Part shown: positions 31,204-43,890 of the stretch, one piece after another | How positions within the stretch are numbered: the first letter of the stretch is position 1 | Layout of the letters: every line of letters starts with the position of its first letter | Assembly (NCBI GenBank): GCA_964019335.1 | Contig: OZ025660.1 | Span: forward strand, 310,001 to 374,000 | Source: Diplonema japonicum | Taxonomy: Eukaryota > Protista > Euglenozoa: Diplonemea | Direction of reading: 5' to 3' | Length of the DNA stretch: 64,000 nt | Notes under the pieces: generated by a model | Told to the model about the DNA's origin: nothing | Databases searched by the model: none | What the model saw: only the letters and a program-made list of their open reading frames with translations | Made by a program: the position numbers and the translations under genes

Positions 31204-33934
31204 TCATACCTGGGGGGAAGCAGGCTGTTCAGCCTTGGGGGAAGAAGCCTCAGCAGGAGCGGCTTCTTCCTTCTTCTTTTCTTCCTTCGGGGGAGTGGGC
31301 TTGGGTGTGGCGAAGATGGGTCTGGCAAAGTTTACAACGTCGTTGCCCTTGCCAAGAACCTGGGCCACAGTCACAGTGGGAGTGATGTGCTTTGCTGTGG
31401 CCTCAAGGGCCTGCTTCTCCTTCTTGAAAAACTCGAGAGCCTCGGTACCCTTCTGCACGATCTCCTCAAGCTTGGCCTTCTCGATGTGGGTCTCAGAGCC
31501 CAGCAGCCTGTTGGCTTCGTCCATCTGCCCAAGCACGGATTTCTCGGCGTCCTTGAAGGTGAACGGAAGCTCCTGGTGAAAAAGAATTCTTTTTTTTCTT
31601 CTTATTGTTTACATACATCCCTCAGCTTCATCCTCATGGTAGCTTCGTCACCAGGCTTCCTCAGCTCGGTCAGCTTCTTGACGTACTCCTCCTTGGTTGC
31701 GTTCTCGCCGTCGCCGTACACCCAGTCTGCCGCCTCAGTGCACGCTGCGTTGAAGGCCTCCCTCTCCTTCGCCTCAAGGAACTCGTGGAGCACGCCCCCC
31801 TCAGACACCTTGTTCTTGAAGTCGTACGAGTACCCCTCAAGAGCGTTCTTCGCGTCGATGGTCTCCGCCAGCAGCCTGTCTGCGTTCGACATCTTCGCTT
31901 CCTCTTTGGTCATGTCCTCCACCTGGCCTGAGGTCAGCCCGTGAAGGAACTTGGGGGTCACCACAATGTCGATCTTCCTCGACTTCTTCTTCGTCACCTT
32001 CACCTTCTCCGTTTCGTCCTTTTTGTCATCCTTGTCACCATCCTTCTTCTCAACCTTCTTCGTGACCTCTTCCTGGACCTCGTAGTACTCGGTCACAGAC
32101 GCGGAGTCCACCTCCACAATACCACTGCTGTTCAACCTGAACCTCACAGCCACCTTAACGGGCTTCTCCGGCTCGGGCTCACCCTGAAGGGTCTTCGCCA
32201 CAGGGAGGTCGCTGAAGGTCCACTGCCCGAGGAGAAGCGACCCGTTCACGTTGGCCACGTTGGGGCAGGGCTCGCCGTAGTAGGTGTAGAGGTCGAAGTC
32301 CTGGCTGCGGTCAAACGACAGGTCGAACACCTGCATGTGTAACAAAAGGGTCATGACATACCTTGGGGAAACCGGAGTTCTTCTCGTACAGAACAGTCTC
32401 CTTGTTGATAGCGCTGATGAAAGAGACGGGAGAGGGGTCGGTGGAAGCAGTGCTCAGGTACCCGATCTTGATAGCATCAACAAGGGCGTCCTGCACCTGG
32501 AAGGACTTCACGTGGAAGCGGGGCGACAGGATGGCACCGATGATACCGCAACCCTTGGCAACAGCCTCGGAGGCGTTCAGGGTGGTCATCACGGGCTGCT
32601 TGAAGGCCTCTTCGAGGATCTTCTTCACCTTGGGCATGTACGAGCCACCGCCAACAAGCTCGACAGACTTGGGCTTAACGCCGTTAAGACCCGTCACAGC
32701 GGTGTCGACGAGGGTCTGCATCTTGGCCCAGAGGGGCGCACACAGCTCCTCGAATTCCTGAAGGGAGGGTTAAGATAAATACAATAAAGCATCTACATAC
32801 ATCTCTGGTGTACTTCGAGAAGGACACGTCGACGTCGTCCATGATGCACTCCACGTTGAGGGACACCACGGGGTTCGCAGAGAGGGTGTACCTCATCTTT
32901 TCACACCCGGCGAGAAGCCTCAACTTGGCCTTCTTCTGCTCGAAGACATCCATCTTGTACTTGGCCTACGGGATATGTATTTATAAGATTTGTGGATATC
33001 CTTCACACCTGGATCTCCTTGCGGAAGTGGCTGGCAAGCAACATGTCGAAGTCACGGCACCCAAGGGACCTGTCCACGACGTGGGAGAGGACCTTCAGGT
33101 TGCCGTTCCAGAACTTCACGCTGGTGATGTAGGTGGCGCTGTGGCCCATGTCACAGAACTGCACCACAACACCGTCCTCTTCCTGTGGATGTGGTTTTTT
33201 TTTTCCTTCTTTTTTTTTTTTTTTTTTCCGACAAACCTTTTCAGGGAGATCCTCGGACTTGAAGATCCCGTACTGCAGGGCAACGGCAGTACCCTCGGTG
33301 ACGAGGGTGAGGCAGTTGAGCCCGGCCATCTCGGTGGCCTGGAGGAGGAGCTTTCGCTGGAAGGCGCTGTAGTACGGGGGGCAGGAGAGGACGCAGTCGA
33401 CCACCTTAGGGACGGAGCCGGGCTTGGCACCCACCTCTTCGGCGGCCTCACGGTCGGCGTACGACCTCAGCTTGCCGAGCATCATAGCGATGAGCTGCTC
33501 GGGCCTGAAGGTCCTCATCTCACCATTGTACATGACCTCCACCACGACGAAGCCGTCCTCACCGGCCTTGGACGTGAACATGGTGTGGTTCATCTCAGAC
33601 CTCCACTCGTCAGTGTCGTACTTGACGCCCACCATCGTCTTCAGGTGGTTCGCAGTGTTCTTGATGTTCCTGATTTTCATATCGGCACCCTGTGTTTATT
33701 TTTCGAAAGAAAAAAAAAAGAGAGAAAAATACCTTCTCACCGATCATTCTCCCCTCTTCGGCGCTCCCAAACGAGACACACGTGTTGGTCTCTCTCTTGC
33801 TAACTTCGTTGATAATGACATCTATTCCCCTACGCCTGGCAACACTCACAGTTGAGTTCTGTTTAGAGTTCAGTGAAACAGATCTTTTCTTTGTAACATA
33901 CCAGGTTGCCGAAATCTACACCGAATACGGACAT
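31204..33934 (-). CDS. Hsp110/SSE family chaperone (multi-exon)
   Basis: MSVFGVDFGNL, NEVSKRET, DCVLSCP, EGTAVALQYG, VELVGGGS, TTLNASEAVAKG and AKNALEGY. Confidence 0.93.
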
Positions 33935-34327
33935 GTTGCTTTAAAGATGAGAACTGGATGTGTTTTTTCTTCTTGTTTTTGGTAGAAAAGCTTTTCTTAA
34001 AAAATCCAAAAAAGAAAAAGGTCAGAAAATAATTCGGGAGCATCCATGAAAAAAAAGAAGGAAAAATGCGAACGGGGGGCATGGGGGAAAAGGAAAAACA
34101 AAAACCAACGTTTAGAAGAGCAAGGAACCGGCCCGATGCCGGAGTGCGTCGCGACCGTTCCTTTTGTTTAGACTCGTTTTTGAAACCTTATTTCAAAAAT
34201 CTCAAAAAAAAATACGGGTTAAAGATGGGGCGGGGGGACGAGTTAAAAAAAGAGTGTTGGGGGGGGGGGGGGGAGGAAAGCCACTAGTTGCATTGCCGCT
34301 CTTTTTCTTTTAACTTAAGCATCAGCT

Positions 34328-35836
34328 TTAATCAAGGTCGTCTGCGCTAGGCCTGGGCGCAGCGGCGGGCTTCGGGGGCTGGGCAGCAGCAGGCTTGGGT
34401 GCAGGCTTGGGAGGCATGCCACCTCCCATACCCCCCATGCCACCCATCCCGGGCATACCACCTCCCATACCACCCATACCAGGCATGCCACCCATACCTC
34501 CCATACCGCCCATACCAGGCATGCCACCTCCCATCATGGACTGCATCATCTTCATAATCTTGGGGTTGCTGGCGTACTTCATGATGGCCTCGGGTTTCCC
34601 CGCCTACGGGTGTAAGGAAAGCAAGGAGTACTAGAACCATACCAGAACATCAGGGTCGCTCATCATCTTCTGGATGTCGGGGTCGGACATGTCGGGCATC
34701 TCGTCATCACCCATCCCACCGGGCATGCCACCAGGCATCCCAGGCATACCACCAGGCATACCACCGGGCATACCACCGGGCATACCACCAGGCATACCAC
34801 CCATACCGCCAGCCATCTCCTTCATTCTCTCCTCCTGCTCCCTCTTCTGCTCTTCCTCTCTCATCTTCTTGTACTGCTTCTGCTTCTTGATCAGCTCGCG
34901 GCGCTTGCGCTCCTCGGCATTGGTTTTGCATGTCTGCTTCCAAACAGATATCTTCTTCACTTTCGCCTCGACGACCTTCAGCATCTCCTGCAGGTCGGGG
35001 TCGAAGTCGATCTGGTTTGCCTGTACGGGAAGGGGGGGGTGGTGCCAAAGAAAAAAAGGAAATTAATTAATCACACCTTGTGGAGGTTATCAGCTGCCTC
35101 TTCCCACTTTCCAAGCTTGCGTGCAGCTTGCCCCTTGACACGGAGAGCCTTGGCCTGGTTGGGGTTGAGCTCAATGGCTTTTGTTGCGTCCTTAATGGCG
35201 CAGTTGGGCTTCTTCCACTTCAGGTAGCACTGCGCACGGAAGGCCCAGATGGGTGCCATGGTGGGGTTCAGCTTCAAGGCCTCGGTGAATGACCCGATGG
35301 CCTTCTCGAACTCACCTTCTTGCATGATGCCCACGGCGACGCCTCTCAGCTCCATAGCTTTGTCAGCATCCTCGTCACTCACGGTCTCCTTGGCAGGCAC
35401 CTCCTTGTAGTGCTCGGCAGTGTTGTCCTCAGCAATGCACTCGTCGTCCTTCCCTGCCCCCTCAGGCATCTCGGGGTCCACAATGGGCTCCTCTTCTTCC
35501 TCCTCCTCCTCAGGTTCCTCTTCCTTGGGCTCTTCCTTTGCAGCTTCGGGCTCCGCGGGCTTAGCCTCCTCCTTCGGCTCGGGCTTAGGGGGCAGTTTGC
35601 AGCCAATCTTTTCCAACGTCTTTCTACAGTGGATGGCGTTAAGAAAAAGAGAGAAAAAAAATACCTGAAAAACTCAAGGTGCGTGGACCAGAGCAAATCG
35701 GGCTGTGCCTCCAACACAGTGCAGAACATCTATTGAGGGAAATTGAGAGGGGGGGGGGGGATTTCTTTTTTTAAAAAAAGGGAGGACTCCATACCTTGAA
35801 TTCCGCAATCTTCTCGGGCGTTAATAAGCCAGCCAT
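34328..35836 (-). CDS. ST13: Hsc70-interacting protein Hip (multi-exon)
   Basis: N-terminal P.LL...L.FFR dimerisation motif, acidic region, three TPRs ([15 protein letters not shown]), GGMP repeats, STI1/DP motif and a DDLD C-terminus. Confidence 0.9.
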
Positions 35837-36106
35837 CTTTCCTTCTTTTTTTTTCCCTGCTTTTTTTTTCTCTTTTTCCCCCCCCCCGAAGTGTATTGTT
35901 CACTCGACGAGGCAATAACAAAAAAAAGGAAAAACATTTAAAAGAAATCTACCAAGGGGGGGAGGGGGGGGGTTGGAATGAAATATAAAAAACTCTTTTT
36001 AAAAAAAAAAACCCAGGTTTTCTTTTTTTTTTGAAGGGGGACAAAACAAATAATAAATAGGGGGGAAAAAAAGGGGGGGGTACCCCGAGTCTTATCAACT
36101 CGGCTT

Positions 36107-37297
36107 TCACTGAAGTCTCGCCCGTTTCACGGGGTTCACGACAGCATGGTGCCTGTCTGTAATGGGGTGCTCCTTTGCACGCTTTCGCCGGCGTTCTTCT
36201 CGCTTCCACAAGCGTCGTACGTATGAGTCTCCATGTTGCTTCATGGCTTCTTCGCAGGCGGCGATTTCAGTTTTGGTGAGCGGGTCGACAGAAGGATCAG
36301 AGAGGTTTCCAAGGAGCGAGTCAACCACATCTTCAAACAGTTCGTCAAGGTCATCGTCATCCATCCAGCACTTCTTGAAGTGGTCTTTAGAATTAGTTCT
36401 CGCAAGGGTAGCAACAGCATTGACATTCAATGGAAGCATCGACTCGTAGGCCGTTACATTGATATCATCCCCTACGCACATGGCCATGTGAGGCTGCGCA
36501 CCACTGAAGACAAAGACGTCTCCGGGCCTTATAACTGTTATCACAGCTGCTCTTGATAGAAAACCGATCTCGCTTTCTGTTAGTGGGAAGTGGAACAGCG
36601 AGCCTCGGTGCGCGTCTTCCAGAATGGAGGTCCTCTCTGCCCACGGCCACACCGCCATTAGTTTGTATCCTTGCCATTGTTTGCCTATGTTGCTCCATAA
36701 GCATTGATCGGTGTGTAGACCAGATCCAGACCCTCGCTCGCCTAAGAAAACTCCTCCTTCAGACCTTTCCCACAGTGGTGCTAATGTTTTCTGTGGAATG
36801 GTGTCGTAGACATCCACGTGGGTGACGGTTTTCACCATCTCCCCTGTGACGGGATGCTCGACTTTTTTGTTGTGTCGCAGCTCTGAGAGGTATAATGGGA
36901 CGTTACGTTCTACGGACCCGTCCGAGTTGGATTCTCGGAGGACCTCGCCGATTTGTGTCAGAGTGTTAGCTTTGTCGGCTTTTTTGATTTCTGTTTCGGT
37001 ACCCTTCTCGCAAAACTGCCATAAACGGCCTTTCATGGTCTCGGCCGCCTCAACAGGCATGTTGTCAAAGACCTGGCACACTCTTTTGCTTTTTTTAAGC
37101 GCGATCTGCAGCCCGTCGGGCAGCGCGTCGGCTTGGCTCAGCAAATCTATCCCGTTCCTCAGCACCACCACCCGATCAAGATGCTCTTCAAACATAACAG
37201 CATGGACAAAATCTTCCACAGTGGCGGCTTCTACCGCTCGTTTTTCATCCATGAACGGCCAAAGCGGCTCATGGGGGTTTAGCTCTCGGTACCTCAT
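36107..37297 (-). CDS. JmjC/cupin-domain protein
   Basis: FLGERGSGSGLHTD (HxD), K...WP, PGDVFVF....H. Confidence 0.75.
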   Translation of the reverse strand: MRYRELNPHEPLWPFMDEKRAVEAATVEDFVHAVMFEEHLDRVVVLRNGIDLLSQADALPDGLQIALKKSKRVCQVFDNMPVEAAETMKGRLWQFCEKGTETEIKKADKANTLTQIGEVLRESNSDGSVERNVPLYLSELRHNKKVEHPVTGEMVKTVTHVDVYDTIPQKTLAPLWERSEGGVFLGERGSGSGLHTDQCLWSNIGKQWQGYKLMAVWPWAERTSILEDAHRGSLFHFPLTESEIGFLSRAAVITVIRPGDVFVFSGAQPHMAMCVGDDINVTAYESMLPLNVNAVATLARTNSKDHFKKCWMDDDDLDELFEDVVDSLLGNLSDPSVDPLTKTEIAACEEAMKQHGDSYVRRLWKREERRRKRAKEHPITDRHHAVVNPVKRARLQ

Positions 37298-38331
37298 CTT
37301 TATTTTTCTTTTCGCTTTCCTTTTTTTTTCTTTCTTTCTTTTTCTTTTCTTCGCCGGGCAGAGTAAATAGAGAGAAAGTCTAAAACGCAACAATTTCACA
37401 CAAGAAGGGTCGTTTTCTTTTTTTTCTTTTTTTATAAAAAGGGGGGAGGAGAAAGAAAGGGATGGAGGGGTGTAAAAAAGAAAAAGGAGAGAAAAAAGAA
37501 AGTTGTTATCAAAAATAAAAGAACAAAAGTCGTGGGGAGGTCGGAAAAAAATAAATATAAATAAAAATAAAATTCACCATGATAGGAACGAAGTGGTTAG
37601 CAACGGCCCAACTAAATGAATAAAAAAAAAAAAGACAGGGAGTGAGAGTAACAGAAAGTCCACACGCGTTCTGGTTGGTAGTAAACTCCTTTAATACAGA
37701 TAAACCTTTCTCATACACGATTGCGATGGCCCCATTCGCATGTGATGAGAGCCCGTGTTTACACTTTTTTTCACCGACATATAGGGTTTTTATCACTCCC
37801 CTCCCTCCTTTTTTTTCTTCCTGTCCAGTTCTCCCTACCCTTTTTTATTTCTCTTTTTCTTTTAGTTCCCCACACCCCTGTTCTCCTCCCCCTACTTTTA
37901 GAAAAGTATACTTCCATCAAAAGAATTCATTGTAGGGAGGCAGGAATGGAGACAACTTCTCTTTCTTTGCATCACAGGAGAAGTGCCCCCTTACAAACGA
38001 ATGCTAAGTACGAATGGTTCATTTTTTTTTCTCGAGTCGGCAGGGGAAAAAAACGAGACCAGTCCCAATACCGCGAGCTAAAAACAATACAATGTGAAAA
38101 GCGGGGGGGGGGGGGGGGAAGGCATATAAAAGACGGCATATATTTTAATTTAAAAAAAATATCACACACTACACATGCACAAAAAGATTTCTCTGGCGGC
38201 GAGGATATGATGGGCAAGGAAGGGGGGGGGGGGGGGAATCCAGACTTCAAAAAAAAATAAAAAAAAAAAACGTCATTCCACACTCGTACGCTGCCAGGAG
38301 GGAAACTTTCCGATTTGGGGAAAAAGAAATA

Positions 38332-38387
38332 TATATGAGTTAAAGGAAGTCTTTGTGAGACGCCCCCTTGTTCTCATGCTCTACCTA
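38332..38387 (-). mobile_element. About 55-bp extreme 3'-end copy of the LINE at 20290
   Basis: atatatgagttaaaggaagtctttgtgagacgcccccttgttctcat is identical to about 20289-20335. Confidence 0.8.
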
Positions 38388-38452
38388 AGAAAGAAAGAAA
38401 AACCTAAAGTTAACAACGTTTGCAAAAAAAAAAAAAAAAAAAAAAGTTGTTT

Positions 38453-40678
38453 CTACAGTCCAGTGCGAGGGAACTCGCCAATACGGAGCTCTGTGCCTCC
38501 ATGAGGGACAAGGTCAACTTGAACAGGCTGTCCGCAGTCAGAAGGCTGTTTGCAGACAGGAGAGACTGGGGGGGAAGTGGCGGAGTTGGAAAGGATACCC
38601 CACTCGATGGGACGCAGCGTGGCAGTGATGGCGGTGGGCCAGTTGGAGTGGTTGAAGGGAGCCGAGCCAGCGACGTACCCACCTGTCTTCTTGAAGGAAA
38701 GGGACTGTTGGGGGTTCGTCATGTTCACGTCAAGCGCGTACTCCCACTTGGAGGTGGGGTCCAGGTAATAGTCGTTGCTCTGAGTGTCAGAGCCCCAGTG
38801 GTGCGCGTAGACAGTGTAGTTGGGCTGGATGGGGAGGGAGTACATAAGGGCTCCGTGGTGAATGGACACAGTGCCGTTGTCCCACTGCTCCACACGCACT
38901 TCGGGGTTCAGTTTCAACACGAACGTTTCCTCCTGCGTAACCTGCGCCGTGAAGTACGGGCCGGCCGCGAAGGTCCCATTGACCGCAGCTTGCTTTGCCC
39001 ACGACGGGATCCTCAGCTTCAAGGTCACTGCTGACACCGGTTTTACCGTCACTGTGATGACCTCATCAAAGGGGTACGCGGTGTCCACATCGATGACGTG
39101 CCCGCCAGGGAATTTCCCGCTCGCCGGGGAGTACAGCCCCACCACCAACGCCCCTTCTGGCGACACGTAGAACAGATTCGACGCGAACTTGGGCCAGCCT
39201 TGGTTGAAGTTCGCAGTGCAGCACCCGTAGTTAGGTTCCAGCCCGTACGTCTCGGAGAATGCCCCGTCGTGCTGCCACACGTGGTCGACCGCCTTGATCG
39301 CATTGATCTCGTTGACAGCCTGCAAGTACTGGTGCGCCCACATGTCACCGCCTGTCGGCGAGGCCCATGTCGCAGGCAACGCGTTGAAAGCAATGCGCTC
39401 CGTTCTGTCGGCGAACACGATGTTGTCGTGCACGGAGTACATGATGGTGTATGAGAACATGGATTCCACCACACCGCATGTCTCGATGCCACGCGAGGGG
39501 TTGCGAGTGGGCGGGTTGGGGAGCAACTCGTCACCGTTGAACATGCCAGTGGGGAGACCGTAGGTGGCGTCCATGTTGTTCATCCTCCTGACAGACAGCT
39601 CCGGGAGGGAGTAGTTCCCCCACGTCCCGTTGGGGTTGAATCTGTACCATACGGCAGCGGACTTCAGCCCCTGTGCGTTGTTGACGTTGTGGCTCCCCGC
39701 CCTGCCCCTCCATGTCTCGAACCACTGCTCCCAGTTGTCGCCCTGGGCGTGAAGGGTGGTCAGCAGCGCCATCAGCTCTGTTTCGTGCCCTTGGGGGGCA
39801 TTGTCAAGAAGCCATTCCGCGCTGAGGGCCATGTCGATCCAACGTGCGGCGGACCACGAATCCATAGGGTAGGCAGCTAGCCTCTTCTGTGCCTCCATTA
39901 GGTGCCTGTAGATAGCGTCGGAGACCTTGAGGAAGGTGGGTGTCGACTTGGAGCCATCGTCCATGCCCTCTGCGTACTGGTAGAGAGCCTGCAGGACGTT
40001 CATGGCACCCCAGTACTGGTCGCCGTCGGTGGGCAAGTCATCGGGGCCCAGCCACCCGGTGGTAGGGTTCTGGTGGCTCAGGATGTAGGTGACGTACTCC
40101 TCGACCTGCGCAGTCATGTTCACAGGGGCAACGCCGAGGGAGTTGTAGCAGAGCCCTTCCTGTGGGATACCGTTCCCACCAGCGTACAGGGAACACAGAG
40201 TGTGGTCCTTCTCAGTGGTGTACGCCTTGCAGTCCTTGGTGTTAATACAAGCTTTCCAGCATTCCTCCTCTGCTTGGGTCGAGAGGGTATTAAGGTGTGT
40301 AGTGGAGCGTATGCCACGCCCTTGCTTGCAGGGGGTCATGCTGACCGGCGCCTTGTAGATCCCCTTTGCACCAGGGAGAAGGTCGACTCCTGCATTCTTG
40401 AGGAGGAAGGACAGAGGTACTACTCCGTTGAGCCAGTATGGTGTCCTCTCGTGCAGCCCTGAGTCGTTCTGCCCCCCGATCCAGATGGATGACATTACGT
40501 CAGGCCAGAACTGTGAAAGATGTCCAGATAGGCCTTCTGCCTGAAGCGTAAGCTGTTTCAGTAACCATCCCTTAGGGGTCACACTCCCTACTGGGAGTGG
40601 GGTGTTTCTAGGTACCAATGGGCTACCCTCAATGGTCGTCGCACAGACCAAGCATGCTACCAGAGGTAGTACTCTCAT
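38453..40678 (-). CDS. Secreted GH127-like beta-L-arabinofuranosidase with inserted PAN/apple domain
   Basis: Signal peptide; V.PKGWL..QL..QAEGLSG, ERTPYWLNG, H.VN.AQ, ETCGVVE, CCTANF.QGWPKF, T.YPF and LRIPSW. Six-Cys PAN-like insert. Intronless. Confidence 0.85.
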   Translation of the reverse strand: MRVLPLVACLVCATTIEGSPLVPRNTPLPVGSVTPKGWLLKQLTLQAEGLSGHLSQFWPDVMSSIWIGGQNDSGLHERTPYWLNGVVPLSFLLKNAGVDLLPGAKGIYKAPVSMTPCKQGRGIRSTTHLNTLSTQAEEECWKACINTKDCKAYTTEKDHTLCSLYAGGNGIPQEGLCYNSLGVAPVNMTAQVEEYVTYILSHQNPTTGWLGPDDLPTDGDQYWGAMNVLQALYQYAEGMDDGSKSTPTFLKVSDAIYRHLMEAQKRLAAYPMDSWSAARWIDMALSAEWLLDNAPQGHETELMALLTTLHAQGDNWEQWFETWRGRAGSHNVNNAQGLKSAAVWYRFNPNGTWGNYSLPELSVRRMNNMDATYGLPTGMFNGDELLPNPPTRNPSRGIETCGVVESMFSYTIMYSVHDNIVFADRTERIAFNALPATWASPTGGDMWAHQYLQAVNEINAIKAVDHVWQHDGAFSETYGLEPNYGCCTANFNQGWPKFASNLFYVSPEGALVVGLYSPASGKFPGGHVIDVDTAYPFDEVITVTVKPVSAVTLKLRIPSWAKQAAVNGTFAAGPYFTAQVTQEETFVLKLNPEVRVEQWDNGTVSIHHGALMYSLPIQPNYTVYAHHWGSDTQSNDYYLDPTSKWEYALDVNMTNPQQSLSFKKTGGYVAGSAPFNHSNWPTAITATLRPIEWGILSNSATSPPVSPVCKQPSDCGQPVQVDLVPHGGTELRIGEFPRTGL

Positions 40679-41432
40679 ATTTTTTTTATTAAACCCTTTG
40701 AAAGCATTGAGAAGTCAATGTGGGCAGCGGGAATAAAAAAAACGAAATTAAAAAAAACGAGTGGGGGGGGGGGGTATTATGACTGAATATAAAACAATTT
40801 TCCCTTTTTTTTTGGTTTAATCTTCTGCAACAAAACTCAGAGTGGGATTCCTCACCCCGCCTCAAAAGAAAGTGGTGAAGATGGTAAAAAAAAAAAAAAA
40901 AAAGTCTTTTAAAAAAAATGCAACACAAAATAGGCAGGGAGGGTGGGAGAAGAACTTCCTTTTAACACGCAGTAGGTGGCGGAGAGAAGTAGAGGGGGGA
41001 GGGGCAAAAAAAAATCATTTCAGATGAATATTCCCCTCTTGCAGGCAGCCATTTCTTTTAAAGGGGAGGCGGGAAAAGATAAACCACACACACAGCAAAA
41101 TAATAAAAGGAAAAAAAAAAATCTAAAATAAATATTCTGAGGGAGGAGAATACAACTATCAGGCGGCTTATTTTCTTCTTCTTCTTTTTTTTTTCGCCCC
41201 TCTTTTTCTTCTTCTTTCTCTTAAAAGGGGAGCGTAAGGGGTTTTTTTTTTTTTTTCGCCCCTCCCTCTTTTGTTTAGAAAATCTTTCCAATGGACTTGG
41301 AAAGGTGAGCAAAAAGAAAAAAAGGAAATGGAAGAACAAAAATAACAGAGACGAACCACATTATCTTGGAATCTGATTCACATCGTGGCACCAGGAATGC
41401 CTCTCCCTGGGCCTTATCGAATTATTATAACT

Positions 41433-43519
41433 CTATTTTCCAAGCAGGTGAGGAGGGAGGCATATTTCTACATCTGGTTGACCGACATTGACTTTCATGG
41501 CCCGTTGTCTGTCAGCTGCGATTTTCTGCCTGAACTGGTCTTGGGCTAGACGCCGTTGCTCTCTCCTGTCCTCCATAGCAATGTCAGGTACTGCAGCCAC
41601 AACCTCTTTCCCACAGTCCTTCCCCCCGGCCGCAGCAGCAGCAGCAGCCATTCCCACAGGCGCTGACGGCACCCGTGCAGGTTCGCTCTTAGCACGCAAA
41701 CGTGCACCTAGAGGGGAATACAAACAGTGTTCGCCCCGTTTTTCCATACCTTTCTTCAAAGAATCATCCCCGCCACCCCCGTAGTACCCCTCTCGGTTTC
41801 GTGATGCGCTCTGTTCATTTTTTTCTCTTAGAAATAAAACACCCACACCTTTACGGCTTCATCTTCGTTAATCTGTGCGCTCGGACCCTTGTACGTGCTG
41901 GCCAGCTGGGATGGGGTTTTTTTTTTTCTTTATTTCAAAGAACATACTCCTGGTCGCTCCTTGTTATCCTTGTTCAGCCGTCTTGCTTCTGTTGCTTTCC
42001 GCCTGACCTCAGCGTTCTGCCGTCTGCCCTCCTCGGCCTTCTCGTTGGCCTTCATTTCACGAGTTTTCCTGTCTTCCCGTTCTTGGAGGATTCTCCGTTT
42101 CTTTTCTTCCAAGGCGGCGTGTTCCTTTTGCTGCTGGGTGAGGGGCGGGGGCTGGTTGCGGTCCTTGCACGGTTTGGCATAATGGTGGCCACCACCGGCG
42201 GGTTTCTGACCGAGGAATTCTTGACGTTGGTTAGCAGCGACCTTGCGGTTTTCAGCATTCTGCCGTCTGGCGGCCTCGTTGTGCTCCTCGTTGAGCTTTT
42301 CCCGCATTCTTCTTGCGTCGCGCTCCAATGCGAGCTTTGCCCGCTTCTGCTCTAGTTCTGCCTCCCGTTGCTCCCTCGCTTGCCGTGGGTTCATCGGGGG
42401 GTCTGCAGCTACGGGTTGCGACAGTCGTTGCTTCCGTTTAGGTGGGTTCGGGCTGCTGTGTCTGTTTGGTGAGCTTGCTGTCCGGTGCTGAACACGGTCC
42501 TGCCGCATGTCGGGTGTCTTCGGTTTGGCTTCGTTGAGCTGCGCTCTGACGTATTGCTCGTCAGGCTTCTTCATGCTGTCAAGGTACGACCTGATATTGT
42601 TCAAACTTTTGTAGTGCTGGACCAGCCAATCGTCCATGGAGAGATGCGAGTTGTCCGGACCGTTGCCGTTCGCCACAGGGGCGTCCAGAACGCTGCCGTT
42701 CTTCCTGTTCCCCCCAGTCAGCGCTGTCTGCAGCTCGGGGATCGCAAGGATCTGTTTGAGAGACGCTCGTTGGCTGGGATCCTTTTCAAGCAACATCTTC
42801 AAAAGGTTCTGCACCAACGGGGAGGTGTGCTTCGGGGCGGCGGGGGGCTTGTCCACGGTCACCTGCTTCACAAGCTGGTTTAAATTATGCGAACCGAACG
42901 GCTTCCTCAACGCGCACATTTCGTACAGCAGACACCCCAAGCTCCACACATCAGAGGCTTGGTTGTACGCCTTGCCTTCAATCACTTCAGGAGACATGTT
43001 ACAAGGCGATCCTATGATCGTCTGCGCAACTGACATTGTGTGGGAAAGTACCTTCGCGATGCCAAAGTCACCAAGAAGAATGTCATTGTGGTCCGAGCTC
43101 AGGAAGCAATTCGCGGCCTTAATGTCTCTGTGGAGGACGTGCTTCTTGTGGCAGTACTCCAATGCTGTGGCAAGTTGTGCGATCCACCGGAGGACCTGGG
43201 GTTCTTCGAAGGGGCCGCTGCCGAGTTTTCGTCGTGTTGCGATGAGTTGTTCTAAAGAGCCGCCTTTGCAGTACTCCATTACTGTATACTGGCATCTTCC
43301 TGTGGAGATGCTTTCCTTGTACTTAACGATGTTCGGGTGTCGCAGAGCCATTAACAGCTCGCATTCCTGTACTGCCTTCTTCTGTTCCTCTCCTGGTAGC
43401 AGCGCTAGATCCACCCGCTTCATCACGCACATTGAGCCCTCCTGTTCGTGCTCCATGAGCATCACCCCTTGTGAGGCCTTTCCCTTCCCGATCTGCTGGA
43501 GTAGCCGGTACCCCTCCAT
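41433..43519 (-). CDS. NEK family Ser/Thr kinase with coiled-coil tail (3' introns)
   Basis: HPNIV, MEYC.GG.L, HRDIKAAN, DFGIAKVL, A.T.IGSP..MSPE and SDVWSLGC.LYE. Confidence 0.9.
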
Positions 43520-43890
43520 TTTTTTTTCCTCTTGGTTTTTTCTTTTGTTGTGCTTTTTCCTTCCCCTCCCTTCCCTCCCACCGCCCTCCCCCTCCTTTTA
43601 ATGGACAATAGATAATGGTTGGATGGCGTGAACATTAAAAAAAAAAGAAAAAGAAATGTCGTTTCCTTAGTCTCCGCTTTCTCCCCCTCCCCCACTAGGG
43701 GTTTCTTTTTTTTTTTTATGAAACCTCCCGGGGTATTACTTTCCCCCCTTCTGTTGTGTTTTCTCAAAAACAAATATATTCTCCCCAAAAAATAAAGGTT
43801 AGCCACAAAAAAAAAAAAAAAAGTCGATTATGCACTCGGTATGCGGTGTGATAATCATCGTTCTCTCTTTTAAAAAAAAAAAACCTTTTT

